From contig NC_057725.1 in assembly GCF_004010195.1 (NCBI RefSeq), positions 57,320,323 through 57,384,322 on the forward strand: a DNA stretch of 64,000 nucleotides. The letters run 5' to 3'. The notes under the pieces are model-generated. The model saw only the letters and a list, made by a program, of their open reading frames with translations. It was not told where the DNA came from and did no database searches. The stretch comes from Chiloscyllium plagiosum. Lineage: Eukaryota. The translations under genes were made by a program, and so were the position numbers. Shown here one piece after another: positions 1 to 12,221 of this stretch. Position 1 is the first letter of the stretch. Each line of letters begins with the position of its first letter.

Positions 1-735
1 GCAAGAGGAATGTTTGCGTTTTGCCATTGCAAGAATGTACAAGGACAGGGGTTAAAAGCCAGTTTTGACACTGATTTATATGTGCTAGTGGATTAAAGTG
101 AGCCAGACTGCTGACTTTCCCATGTATTAGCCTGGATCTGAGTGCTAGTATGCAATGGAAGTCAAGGGAAAAAAGCATTCACTCGTCACCACTCGATCAC
201 TCTTGTTCCGAGTGCTGGTCTCCAAGCAAAGTGAAAAGAAATAAGGACTCTCTCACTCTCTGCTGGAAGAAAGGTAGCAAACCAGTCAGAAGGGATTAGA
301 CCAAAAGTATTTCAGCTAAACTGCAAAGCTAAAAGTCTCAAACCGACTGCTCAATTATCAATGTTTCACTTCACAAATGAAGCATAGACTGATCTGTATA
401 TGTTATAACTTTGATCTTTTATTAGATTCACCCTTTAATGTATAAACTGTGTGCTGTGTTGGTATCTCTTTTTGGGTTTAGTAAGTAATAAACTCACTCT
501 TCAGTTAACTCAAGAAAGCATGGTTAAATGGTGCAATTTTAAAAGGGAAATTAATTTGATCAGTTAAAAAGGCATCTAAAAAGAGGGCATCATTTTGAAT
601 TAACCTTGTTACAAACAACCAAGAGAACAGGTTTAGTAAAGAAGGGGAACCAGTTTTAACTTCCTCACTTGGGATAGTTTGGGGGTACCCCTGTCTTAAA
701 CCATATTAAATTGGGGAACTTTGCCAAGAATTTGG
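1..735 (+). mobile_element. Possible degenerate LTR 3' part with PBS-like motif
   Basis: AATAAA at 487-492, then TTGGGGAACTTTGCCAAGAATTTG (711-734), loosely resembling a tRNA-Pro PBS (TGGGGGCTCGTCCGGGATTTG); heavily diverged. Confidence 0.25.
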
Positions 736-741
736 TCATGA

Positions 742-1068
742 ATCCTACAATCCCCATAGCATAAAAAGAGGCCATTTGACCCACCAAGTTTGCAACAACC
801 CTGCAAAGAGCATCGTACCTAAACCTAGTCCCCTACCTTATTTCCATAGCCCTGTATTTCCCATGGCTAATCCACCTAGCCTGCACACTATGGGCAATTT
901 AGCATGACCAATCCAATTGACCTGCATATCTTTGGACCAGAGCACCCAGAGGAAACCCACGCAGACGCAGGGAGAGCATGGAAGCTCCATACATACGGTC
1001 ACCCAAAGCTGGAATCGAACCCAGATCCCAGGTGCTGTGAGGCAGCAGTGCTAATCATTGAACCACCA
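742..1068 (-). mobile_element. HE1-like V-SINE (tRNA-derived)
   Basis: Reverse strand shows tRNA head (TTAGCACTGCTGCCTCACAGC...GGTTCGATTCC), V-domain GGGTTTCCTCTGGGTGCTC and a CR1-like tail. Confidence 0.85.
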
Positions 1069-1124
1069 TTCCATATAGGCTATGTAAATGCAGCTCTTTC
1101 TTTCCTCTTGAATAAGCAACTAAC

Positions 1125-1595
1125 CTAACTGGGTGTCTGGGTGCACTCTTGTCTTTGAGTCAGTAGGTCTCAGCTTCTAGCTCCACATTTTGGCAAATAA
1201 CACAGGTTGATATGCCAGTGTAGTACCAAGGTTGTGTGCTGCACTTTGTTAAGTGCCATGATGTAGAGGTGCCAGTGTTGGACAAAGTTAATAGTCACAT
1301 GACACTAGGTTATAGTCTAACAGGTTTATTGGAAATCACAAGCTTTCATCACAGCCTCTTCACCTGATGAAGGGGCAGCTGTCTGAAAGCTTGTGATTTC
1401 TAATAAACCCGTTGGACTACAACCTGGCGTCATGTGACTTCTGACTTTCTAAGTGAAATTTTCCAGATGAGAAATTTAAATGAGCTGTCATACTCCACCT
1501 TGTGTTGATATGAGAGATGCTCCAACACTCAAAAATGAGCCTGGGAATTCTTCCTCAAGTCTTGGCCAACATTTATCCCCAAACTCTAGGTCGAG
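1125..1595 (+). mobile_element. Deu-domain SINE (SacSINE1/AmnSINE1-like), interrupted by a palindromic insertion
   Basis: Degenerate Deu core CCAGTGTAGTAC...GCTGCACT | TTTCCAGATGAGA...GGAATTCTTCCTCAAGTCTTGGCCAACATTTATCCC, split at ~1259-1449. Confidence 0.6.
1260..1449. mobile_element. Penelope-like fold-back element, family A, with hammerhead core
   Basis: Inverted arms 1284-1348 / 1384-1448; CAC-CTGATGA (1364-1370)...GAAA (1385-1388)-GC-TT-GTG; imperfect flanking repeat TAAGTGCCAT / TAAGTGAAAT. Confidence 0.75.
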
Positions 1596-2659
1596 GCAAT
1601 GTCTTCAGTTACCAACCATTAGGCAACATGTTTAATTGTTGCATCTTCTGCTGCTACTCTTTCAGAGATTGGCTGTGTCAGCATAAGCCACAAGTTCAAA
1701 TCTGGACCCTTACTGGGTGGTGAGTCTCAATGTCCCATTTGGCAGAAACAGACGGGACTGAACTGTGGGAGCTTTAAGTGTGCTTGTTTCGCTTGTTGTA
1801 TCTGAACTGCGATTTGTATAACCAGTCAGATATATGAATAATACAATACCATTTTCAGTCTCTGTTAGTAATTTCTTTTTATTCCATTCAATCATGTAAA
1901 ATAATTATGTTACAGCATTTAAGTTAAATCTGCAGAACACCATAACATGGTGAAAACAAATGTCAGTGGTGCTCTGGTTACATTGAAGAGAACTGAAAAG
2001 CTGAACCCAAGGTCAGCATTTATTGATGCAGTTCAGGATTTTCCAGCCTCATAGTCATGCAAGGAGTCCAGTTGCTGTTACAGCACAGTATGTGAATTAT
2101 TAATCTCTACTAAACCCCAGTCCCCTTGGGAAACAGTGAAAAGGGATAAGTAGAATTCGGAAACATGCCTGTATTGCTGCAAGGAACCATTTCTTTGCCA
2201 GAGTATTAGATCAAGTGTAGGTTTCAGTGTGTCAGGGAATGTAATTTTCTGGAATCACAGTTTTATACGTGAACTCCTAAATTCTGTGTTTCTGTTCTGA
2301 ATGCCTTTTTCTAGTTTTGGGGGATACAGACTGTTGGGGATTCCCATTATTGTCTGTTTGACATGGCCAGTGTTACTGTTGTCATACGTGACCAAAGTGC
2401 TTTAACCCATTGAGTTCATCACCACAGGCACACAGTAAATCTTGCAACTGTCCAGTGTCGCAATTACCTCCTCTTTTACAATAACTGTAATAGAGTCATC
2501 TCCTCTGGTGTGGGAAAAAATTAAGGTATTCATTCAGTACTTCAGCCGTGCTCTCTTCCTGAAAACATGAATCCCTTTTTGATCCCTGATCCACTTCATA
2601 TCTTAATCCTTATAGCAGGCTTTATTTAATATTGCTTGCCAGTCCCTTCCCATACTCTC

Positions 2660-2900
2660 ACCTCTGTCAAATTTCCCAGCTCCCTTAATCTAAAAGCAGG
2701 AATTCATCTCAGTCCCTATTATCAGTCCAGGTATGGCACCATGACCTTTAGCTGTTCCCCTTTTTCTGCTCACCGCACTCAGTAACACCCTTAACCCTAG
2801 CACCAGGGAGGCAACAGACAATCCTGGATTCACATCTGCAGGTGCAGAATTACCTATTTGTTATCCTAAATGGGAGAATTCCCCCTTCACTGCTGCTTTC
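2660..2900 (-). mobile_element. CR1 LINE ORF1 (esterase-like) fragment
   Basis: Minus-strand translation SRIVCCLPGARVKGVTE matches the CR1 ORF1 'VCCLPGARV' motif; disrupted. Confidence 0.65.
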
Positions 2901-3099
2901 CTGACCTCACTCCTCGCAATTGAGCCAGCCATGGTGTCAATCCCCGCACCCCCATCAACAAGCTAAACTGTCTCCCTCGTCAGTATCCCGAACTGAATTG
3001 GGAGTCCAGCACTGACTCCTCTTTGACTCTCCGATGATCATCCATCCCTGCTGTGCCTGCATTCACTGGCTTAGTCACGCAGAGGCCCAAGCTAATGTG

Positions 3100-3270
3100 C
3101 TGGGGACACCAGTCCAAATCCCACCAAGACTGATATGTGACTCCAGACCCACAGCAATGTGGTCGACTCTTAAAAGGCCTCCAAACTGTCTTAGCAAGTT
3201 GTTCAGCTGAAGGACAGTTAGGGATGGCAACAAATACTGGCATTGCTAGAAAGTTCTACACCCCATGAAA
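3100..3270 (+). mobile_element. tRNA-SINE family X, 3' part
   Basis: GTGACTCCAGACCCACAGCAATGTGGT...TTAGGGATGGCAACAAATACTGGC, shared with 26650-27050, 42228-42366 and 49000-49325. Confidence 0.7.
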
Positions 3271-3564
3271 GATTATATCCAAGTAGCTCTCAGTCTGGCA
3301 GATGTACTGCAGATACTAAAAGCATGGAGCCTGAGGATCTGCACGTTCACACATGGGGAAGCTTCCTGGAGGTCCATCATTGAGCAGGATATGCACTGCA
3401 CAGGACTGACCGACTCTGATATGCTTCTATTTAGAAGACAAGTTAAACTTAATGGACATGAGGAACTGTTAAAGTCTTCTGTCAAAGTATCGCCAGTTAC
3501 TCACAAGTCAGTACTTTACCTTGTGCTGACCATACTTAGAGATTTTTCTAGTTTGCTCATTTGT

Positions 3565-4040
3565 TTTATTTACTCATTGCACGTGGGTGTGCTGGGTCAG
3601 CCAACATTTATTGCCCACTCCTAGCTGCCCTTGAAACGGTAATGGTGAACTGTTTCTTGTACCACTGCAGTCCATTTCCTATGGGTAGACCCACCATATC
3701 ATTAGGCAAAGAATTCAAAGATTTTGAAAGGAACGGCGATTTATTTCCACGACAGAATCCTGCCTAGCTTGGAGGGGAACTTAAAGATAGAGGTGTTGCC
3801 ATGTATCTGCTGCCCTTGTCCTTCAAGGTGGTAGCGATCATGGGTCTGGAAGGTGCTGCCTAAGGAACCTTAGTGAATTTCTGCAGTGAATCTTGTAGAT
3901 GGCACAAAGCACTTCTACCGAAGGCTGATAGTAGAGAAGTGTAGATATGGTTCCAATAATGTGGGCTGCTTTGTCTTAGATGATGTCAAGCTTCTTTAGT
4001 GTGGTTGGAGCTCACTCATCCAGGCAAGTGAGAAATATTC
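3565..4040 (-). mobile_element. CR1/L2-group LINE 3' end (probable partner of SINE X)
   Basis: Tail CCAACATTTATTGCCCACTCCTAGCTGCCC is the reverse complement of the SINE X tail and continues into LINE-like body. Confidence 0.6.
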
Positions 4041-4277
4041 TGATGAACCACCCTAAACTCCATGAGTAACTTACCTTCGAGCTCTCCTAACTAACCAACC
4101 ACCTACCTGCTGTCCTGTTGCTCCAACTATTGTGGACCTCCAAAGTCTCACAGCAGCGACGACAGAAACCAGAAGTCAAAGCATTAGCAATGTGCATTTA
4201 GTCCTTCCAAGTGGCTGCATGGCTACACAGCTCAGTGGGAACGTTGGTTCCATGAAGTTACTCCTTGATTGATTTCT

Positions 4278-4590
4278 GATTAGATTAGATTCCCTACAGT
4301 GTGGAAACAGGCTCTTCGGCCCCACAAGTCCACACCGACCCTCCAAAGAGTAACCCACCCAGACTCATTTCCCTCTGACTAATGCACCTAACACTATGGA
4401 CAATTAAGCATGGCCAATTCACCTAACCTGCACATCTTTGGATTGTGGGAGGAAATCGGAGCACCCGGAGAAAACCCACGCAGACACAGGGAGAATGTGC
4501 AAACTCCACACAGATAGTCGCCCGAGGCTGAAATCAAACCTGGGTCCCTGGTGCTGTGAGGCAGCAGTGCTAACCACTGAGCCACTGTGC
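4278..4590 (-). mobile_element. HE1-like V-SINE, near full length
   Basis: tRNA head, V-domain, tail GGGCCGAAGAGCCTGTTTCCACACTGTAGGGAATCTAATCTAATC. Confidence 0.92.
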
Positions 4591-5261
4591 ACTCCTGCAG
4601 TGGTTCTTTTTCTGTCTCCCACTGACATCCTGCTGCTGTTGTACCCTGTTAGTCACAAGAACCATTTTTTTGTCTGGTTCAGTCTTCTGATTGCCAACTA
4701 TTACAGGTTGGTCTTGGCTACTGATTTTCCTGTATCTTTTGGTCGTTTTTGTGATAAATTGTGATGCTGCAGTGTCACATTCGCTTTAATGTAATCTTCC
4801 CATGGGTTCAATCTGGTGAACAGAGAGAACGGGACCTTTCTGTTGTGAGCTCTGAGGACAGCAGTTTGCCTTGTATTGTGTTCTTACTGAACTACTTGCA
4901 AGGTGGCCACCTTCAGTGAGTGCCTTGTGGCAAAGGTCACATAGCACAGCAAGCCAGGAATGACAGGGTAGATTTTCCAAGCTAAGATCCCCTTTTTTGT
5001 GCCAAAAGGAACAAATTTCCACACACTATCATTTACACTGAGTTACCAAGCTGCTGACTATGTAACCAACTACTCCAATGCATTGGAATCCTATTCACAA
5101 TCCTAGTTAGTCTCTCCTTCGTCAGGCTTTTAACATGTATGGGGACACAGAAACCCATGTGTTGCTAGCATTTGCTCATTTTCAAAACAATCTTGGCACA
5201 GCCTGCTGTTGCTGTGGACACCTTTTTCCTTTTAATTACTTTGGCTGTGTCCAGAAAGGAA

Positions 5262-5465
5262 AAAAATCACACAACACCAGGTTATAGTCCAACAGGTTTA
5301 ATTGGAAGCACACTAGCTTTCGGAGCATCGCTCCTTCATCACTATCATCTAATGAAGGAGCGATGCTCCGAAAGCTAGTGCTTCCAATTAAACCTGTTGG
5401 ACTATAACTTGGTGTTGTGTGATTTTTAACTTTGCACACCGCAGTCCAACACCGGCATCTCCAAA
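5262..5465. mobile_element. Penelope-like fold-back element, family A
   Basis: Arms ~5262-5341 / 5351-5427; perfect 12-bp TSD TCCAGAAAGGAA (5250-5261, 5466-5477); ribozyme core mutated to CTAATGA. Confidence 0.85.
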
Positions 5466-5883
5466 TCCAGAAAGGAAGTATTTTTAATTTTATTCTTTTT
5501 ATTTTGTGGCATGGTGTTTTCTTTAGGCCCTGCAATGAGTCCCTCTCTGTCTCTCGCATTCAGTTTGTCAGCTTCTGTGGCCTACAAATTACTGTAAATC
5601 TCTTCTGGCCCATCTCAGATTGCTAGTCCGTACATTTGGGGTTTTGTTGAGTTCATTGGCGTTATCATCATGTCTTCCATCAGCTGTCCCAGATCTCCAG
5701 TTTTGTCATTGCCTTGAGCCCATCTGACAGGGCTGCACAAACTGGTTGACACTTTATATTTGTTCAATGTTCTTGTCCTGCTGTCTTTATCACAAAAGTT
5801 ACAAGTCATTTTTCTCCTGCAGACTTGACGTCGTTCAACTTGCTCCAAGTTGTTGACTGGATTATCTGAGTTGTTGTCTGACA

Positions 5884-6541
5884 GCAGGTAGATAGGATAG
5901 TGAAGAAGGCGTTTGGTATGCTTTCCTTTATTGGTCAGAGTATTGAGTACAGGAGTTGGGAGGTCATGCTGCAACTGTACAGGACATTGGTTAGGCCACT
6001 GTTGGAATATTGCGTGCAATTCTGGTCTCCTTCCTATCGGAAAGATGTAAAACTTGAAAGGGTTCAAAAAAGATTTACAAAGATGTTGCCAGGATTGGAG
6101 CATTTGAGCTATAGGGAGAGGCTGAACAGGCTGGGGCTGTTTTCCCTGGAGCGTCGGAGGTTGAGGGGTGATCTTATAGAGGTTTACAAAATTATGAGGG
6201 GCATGGATAGGGTAAATCGGCAAAGTTTTTTCCTTGGGGTCGGGGAGTCCAGAACTAGAGGGCATAGGTTTAGGGTGAGAGGGGAAAGATATAAAAGAGA
6301 TCTAAGGGGCAATATTTTCACACAGAGGGTGGTACGGGTATGGAATGAGCTGCCAGAGGATGTGGCGGAGGCTGGTACAATTGCAACATTTAAGAGGCAT
6401 TTGGATGGGTATATGAATGGGAAGGGTTTGAGGGATATGGGCCAGGTGCTGGCAGGTGGGACTAGATTGAGTTGGGATGGACAGGGTGGACCGAAGGGTC
6501 TGTTTCCATGCTATATATCTCTATGGCTCTATGATTCTATA
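5884..6541 (+). mobile_element. CR1/HER1-like LINE, 5'-truncated (RT C-terminus + 3'UTR)
   Basis: ORF 5900-6559 YRTLVRPLLEYCVQFWSP...LERVQKRFTKM...LGLFSLERRRLRGDLIEVYKI...FTQRVVRVWNELP; tail CTATGGCTCTATGATTCTAT. Confidence 0.95.
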
Positions 6542-7250
6542 ACTGCTACCCACACTTGATTTATCTAAATCTTCCTCTGCCATTTCAGTACTAATCATCT
6601 CTATCTGGGCTTTATAGGTTTGATTGTCTTCTGCCTTGCTAAACACATGTTTGAAAGTGAGTTCCGCTTCATGCAGATGAAGCACACTTTTATTCTTCAA
6701 GCCGGGTGTGCCTTCTTCTGTTTCATGTGATGACCTGCACAATATTTGCAGCATGTCCTTCGGCCTTGATCTTTCTGGCTCTTCTCTGGATACTTGTTTT
6801 GTTTCTCTACATGAATTTACTCAAAAGCTCTAGACTGCTTTCTCCACACGGCGGACAGGCCTGAGCTTCTTACCAAATTGCACACATTGTGGACAAACCT
6901 GTCTACTCTCTCAGCTGTTGATTTGCAAACTCAGAGCTCCTGCACATGTTTGTAACTTCTTCCAGAGTCAAATTCTCTGAGTTTGTGGGATCACTTGGAC
7001 ATGTCGAAGAGAATTCTGCTTTGGATTTGATCATACTTCAGGTGCCCAAATGCACAAGATTCTGTGAGCTGTGTTAATGTCGCCACATGTCTACCAATGA
7101 GTTTATTTTCACCATGACTTCTAATGGTGAAAAGACATGTTTTGCATGTTAGTTTCCAAGCTTTCAAAATTTTGGCATTCTATTTTTGCCATTCTTCAGA
7201 AAGATTTAGGGCGGAATACACTTTGTACCAGTGTCTCTCCAAAAGTAAGA

Positions 7251-7395
7251 CAGGGAAGCCTCGATTATCCAAACATCAATTATCAGAATTTCGGATTATG
7301 TGAACAAGATCTCAAGGTTCCGATGCTTGGGTAAACTGTATTTTCCAAACAAAATACTCCCTGCCCATGTCTTTCGGATAATCGAGGTTGTTCTG
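7251..7395. mobile_element. Tigger/pogo-type MITE (Tc1/mariner superfamily)
   Basis: TIRs CAGGGAAGCCTCGATTATCCAAA / TTCGGATAATCGAGGTTGTTCTG; TA follows the right end. Confidence 0.75.
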
Positions 7396-7572
7396 TAAAG
7401 ATGCAGCTACCCATAGCTACATTATGTTAATCAAGTATGTCATAATCACATCATTTTGTGATTGCAAATAGAAAAATTACTTTTTTTCTGCTTTATATCA
7501 GCTTCTCATTTTGACTGTTGCCAAGAGAGGAAGATTTGTAGACATTACCTTGCCCAATGCTTTCAACCATGA

Positions 7573-7690
7573 GAAAAGCAAATTACTGCGGATGCTGGAA
7601 TCTGAAACCAAAAGAGAAAATGCTGGAAAATCTCAGCAGGTCTGGCAGCATCTGTAAGAAAAGAAAAGAGCTGACATTTTGAGTCGTGAC
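7573..7690 (-). mobile_element. Penelope-like 3' fragment, family C, truncated inside the hammerhead
   Basis: Homologous to 51166-51306; 13-bp TSD CTTTCAACC(A/G)TGA at 7560-7572 and 7691-7703. Confidence 0.75.
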
Positions 7691-9498
7691 CTTTCAACCG
7701 TGAACTGCCTCTTTATTCTCTGTAGCTTTAAGCAGTGTTGAACATTCCTTCAGTCCTCTTTTAGTAGCTGTGCTTCTACACATTTCTTCTACAACATAAA
7801 ATCTCAATTCCCCTGACATCATTTCACAGGATTGCAGTCTGGCTTATACTGTGTACTCTCTGTAAGATGATTGCCTGTAATGAGTGTTTCATGTCACAGG
7901 TAACATGGCAATAGCAAGCCTAAAAGCACTCTTGTGCAATTTCCATCTAAACATTTTCGAACTAATGTGTTTCAGGCTGCTTTTGGTGACTTTCCCCATT
8001 TCCCTAGAAAGGGAATGGAATGCCTCTTTAAAAATAAATATATCAACAGAAGTTTCAGTCAATGAATTGCGCAGAGCTTGCCAGAATGTGGTCAGAAAAC
8101 CAAGCTGGAGATGTCAGGAGACAAGCCTGGGCTTGCCCTGGTGTGATGCGTGAGTCACACATCAGGCTTGTGACTTCTGTTGTTGTTATTGGTCTGCACC
8201 ACTCATATAGAAAGTAGAAAATCTGTGCCTGCACTTGCATTTGAAGTAAGTTTCAATCACTGATTTGTTTTAAAGAGTTGTTTGAGCCGAAACAAGTTAA
8301 TTTGAGCTCATTGCATTGCACTGCATTATCATTCTGACTCCATGTTCCGTTGGTCATAAGTAGACATAAAGACACAAGAGTAGACAGACGTAAAAAAAAT
8401 CACTTTGTTCAGTTCTCTTATTTTGTGGAAATTTAGGGCCAGATATTCCACTAAAGTGAAATGTAAAAAAAAATTTGCATTTAGATGCCACTTTCCTCGT
8501 TACTCGAATGTTATTAAAATATTCCTATTCCTTACATATCACTCATCATTGCTGATGGAAAAGTGGAGGAGCCTAAATTGGGTGTGACTTCCTGGTGGAA
8601 TTGTGTCACTTGTTAGTTTAATATTTTGGTACTGACATCACCAGACACTGCATGAGGCAAGAAAGTGGGATTGCACCAACTTGTGAAACATTTGTCTATT
8701 ATGTCCAAACATCTGATGAATGTGATTGCAAACAGACTTAATAAGGACTTAATGGCTGGAAAATTTAGAGTTTCTCCTGGTTTCCTGGAATTGGAAGCAC
8801 ATTAGAACACCCTCCCTATTTACACATATATTGAAAATTTCCATCATACTTCGGTGAGGTACTGCCAATAGACTGGATACAAGTCTGAGGATCTGCTGAT
8901 CATTTAATACAGGATTGCATGACAATGTGGTTAGATTTTAAATGCACCTCTCAGACTGATCCTGGGATTGTGACCTGGCCACCCACTCCAGAACCACAGG
9001 AGCTTTCCTTATATTGTTTATAAAGATTGGACTGCTTCTGGAAAAGGTGATGGAACTATGATGTTAGTGTTATACATGCAAATCGAATGCAGATCTTCTT
9101 CGCTGCTGGGTCCTAAGTTTACATGCAACTCTAACTGCTGATTGAAAGTTTCCTCACTCAACCCAGGTCCATGAAATTAGTCCATCTGGGTCATTTTAAC
9201 CTAAATCATAGCAATACTCAAGTAGACCACAACGATGGCCAAGTCAGATCTGGACAAATTGTATTGATAGTGAAGAGATTATGTTTTTATTTCTAATCCA
9301 TGTTCATCCTGGGAGTGCTTAATACTTACCTTTTGTAGGAAGAATTGTGACATTTTGCTTTCCCCAAGTTGGAGATCAGTATCTGACTTCCTGGTACCAG
9401 ACGAGTGTACAACTTTAAACTAGTCAAGAGGGTGGCGGTGTAGTTATTTGTCATTGAGTGCCCTTTGAGGTGGAATCACAAAGTGGTAAAGATTAACC

Positions 9499-9789
9499 AT
9501 TAGATTACTTTACAGTGTGGAAACAAGCCCTTCGACCCAACAAGTCCACACCGACCCGCCGAAGCGCAACCCACCCATACCCCTCCATTTACCCCTTACC
9601 TAACACTACGGACAATTTAGCATGGCCAATTCACCTGGCCTGCTCATCTTTGGACTGTGGGAGGAAACCGGAGCACCCGGAGGAAACCCACGCAGACACG
9701 GGGAGAATGTGCAAACTCCACATAGTCAGTCGCCTGAGGCGGGAATTGAACCCGGGTCTTTGGCGCTGTGAGGCAGCAGTATTAACCAC
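9499..9789 (-). mobile_element. HE1-like V-SINE
   Basis: Head, V-domain and tail intact; CpG-rich, so probably young. Confidence 0.92.
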
Positions 9790-9916
9790 GGTGGCACAGT
9801 GGTTAGCACTACTGCCTCACAGCGCCAGAGACCCGGGTTCAATTCCCACCTCAGGCAACTCTGTGGACTTGTTGGGCCGAAGGGCCTGTTTCCACACTGT
9901 AAAGTAATCTAATCTA
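9788..9916 (+). mobile_element. Internally deleted HE1-like SINE fused head-to-head with the previous copy
   Basis: Head GTGGCACAGTGGTTAGCACT...GGGTTCAATTCCC joined directly to tail TGTGGACTTGTTGGGCCGAAGGGCCTGTTTCCACACTGTAAAGTAATCTAATC. Confidence 0.9.
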
Positions 9917-10358
9917 ACCAGAATTGTAAATGGCAAATAGTTGGTTTATTTCAGTCTGGCTGCTATTGTTTTCCTTTTACATGAAAGTTAATTAGACTTT
10001 GAAAAATATTCAGTCTAGTATTTGGGGTTTCTTGTTGTACTCATGACATATCAAATGATGCTTTTTCAATTCTGTGAGATCAATCTCTTCAATTTGATCT
10101 TACAGGGATGTTGTCCACAGGATTAGCATTATTTGACTAAGATGCTTTGCTGGAGTCCTACTGCACATTTGCAGTGCTTTGATCAAAGTTAATTTGATGG
10201 AACAGTATCAATTTCCAAGCATTATCTTTTCCCCACAGGTTCATGCTTCCATGCGAGTAAACCTTCACAGCTGAATATCGTGCTCATACATATACACCTA
10301 GACCTGTACAGGACTCAACAGTTTATCAACTTTCCAAACAAAACATTCTTGCAGTTTT

Positions 10359-12195
10359 GGTAATATTCTGGGAACCCAGAGACCTAGCTTCAAGTCCCAT
10401 CTTCCCCAAAGGTATATCATAACGTATCTGAACAAGTTAGCTAAAAATAATTTGAAATGCTATGAAGACATTTTTTTCAGATTAAATACTTTTCTCACTT
10501 AGCAAATATTCTACACTTGATAGTCATTGAAGAAAGAAACCAGGGTTTCTTTCTCTACTTCATGTAGATTTATTCATAGATTGAATCATTAGAGATGTAT
10601 AACTCCTGATATTTTCCAACTAACCTGTCCAGCGACGTTGTGACATACCACGAGAACAACTTGATCCCAGGCCTCCTGGCTCAAGGGTGGGTGCATTACC
10701 ACTGCACCACAAAAACCCCTGATACATAACTCCTAGTTTAACTCAACTTCATATCAATGAGTGCCTCCCCACATGTGACCCAGATATTTTCCAGCCAACC
10801 TACTCAGAGTTGCCATGATACACCTCTGGAGCAGGTGGGATTTGAACCCAGGCCTCCTGGCTTATACGTAGGGCAATTATCATGGTGCCACAAGGGCCTT
10901 TATGTGTGCTCTATCAAGTAGCCATGCTATTAAAATCTCCATCTGTATGTGCTAGACTTCAAATGATATATTTAACTAATATCCTTTGTGAATACCGGTA
11001 GCATCTTAACCTCTGGTCCTGAAGGTCTGGGTTTAAGTTCCACTTGCCACAGTGTTGTGAACAAACAGATTGAGGAAAGAAAATCTAACTTTCAGGGGTT
11101 GTCTGGTACAGTGGTAGATTCCTTATTTCTGTAGGCCAAAGACTTCAGGTTCAATTCCCATTCATCACGAAGCTATGAAACACAAGTGAACAAATTGACC
11201 TAATTCTTTTTGCTGTTGAGAAATGTTATATATCCATACAGAACTTTGTGGGCAGCTACACGGGTGTGCACCGATAATGAATTTGCAATTTTATTTTCTT
11301 CTGTTTCCCCTGAACACTTCTTGCAATGATACTGTTCACATTCACCTTCCAATATTTAACCCAAATGACCATTATCATGTGTCAGGCTAAACTATTAAGG
11401 TTAGCTAAAGTCAAGTCTGGTTCTATCCTCACCTAGTTCAAGGCGCTCTGACACTACCTGAGCCAAGACTTTTGTGTCCAATTGTAATACCCCATTTGGC
11501 ATTTAGACAGAGTTCTGCAGCCAATTCCCATTTCCTCTTTCATGTATTTGAAGTTGGATTGACAATAACTTTAAAAAATGCAGAAATGAGATCAGAACAA
11601 GAGCTGTAGTCTTGAGCCAGGACTCATCTGAAAACGTTGAATCATTTGCCTCTTTTCACATCTCCTGAGAGGAATGTAGAAAGGTGGGATATTTATCGGT
11701 GTAATTCATTGTCTGTAGGTGGAGTGGTTTGAGTGCCTGGGTGTTTTCTCCAGCAGCAGAAAGGTCAACTAGACTGATTGCTGGATTTCCCACTTCAACC
11801 CTTCAACTATGACCAATGATAACACTTTGTTTTTGCTACTCTACAAAGCAGACTGAACAATGATTGATCAAACCTACCTAGAAGTGGAAAAGGATTAGTT
11901 GAGTGTTTACAGGTATACATTAAACTTTTGGGGACTCTTCTAGCAATCCTAGTATCCCCACCTTCAGACCAGGAACCCTAACATTAACCTGGTTTAAAGT
12001 TTCATTTATTCCAAAGGTGCATCATAACGTATCTGAACACGTTGATTCGAAAATATTTTAAAAAGGACTGAGGAGCAGGGAGTTCCTCTGGCATAATGGT
12101 AGTGTCCCTATCTCTGGGCCAGAAGAAGTGGATTCAAGTCCCACTTGTTCCAAATGTGTTTAATAACATATCTGAACAGGTTGACTAAAAAATAT
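10359..12195. repeat. Cluster of seven ~90-125 bp tRNA-derived short elements
   Basis: Copies at ~10359-10450(+), 10609-10719(-), 10783-10898(-), 10985-11073(+), 11094-11203(+), 11931-12057(+), 12077-12195(+); consensus GGTAGTGTCCCTACCTCTG..CCAG.AGG..TGGGTTCAAGTCCCAC...CATAAC.TATCTGAACAGGTTGA...AAAATAT. Confidence 0.7.
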
Positions 12196-12221
12196 GCAGG
12201 ACTTAGGACTAGGAATAGTCC

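Noticed and set aside
5262-5465. Palindromic elements as DNA-transposon MITEs or pre-miRNAs
   Set aside because: Asymmetric tail, variable centres, variable 10-13 bp TSDs and hammerhead cores fit retro-insertion better; no known mature miRNA recognised.
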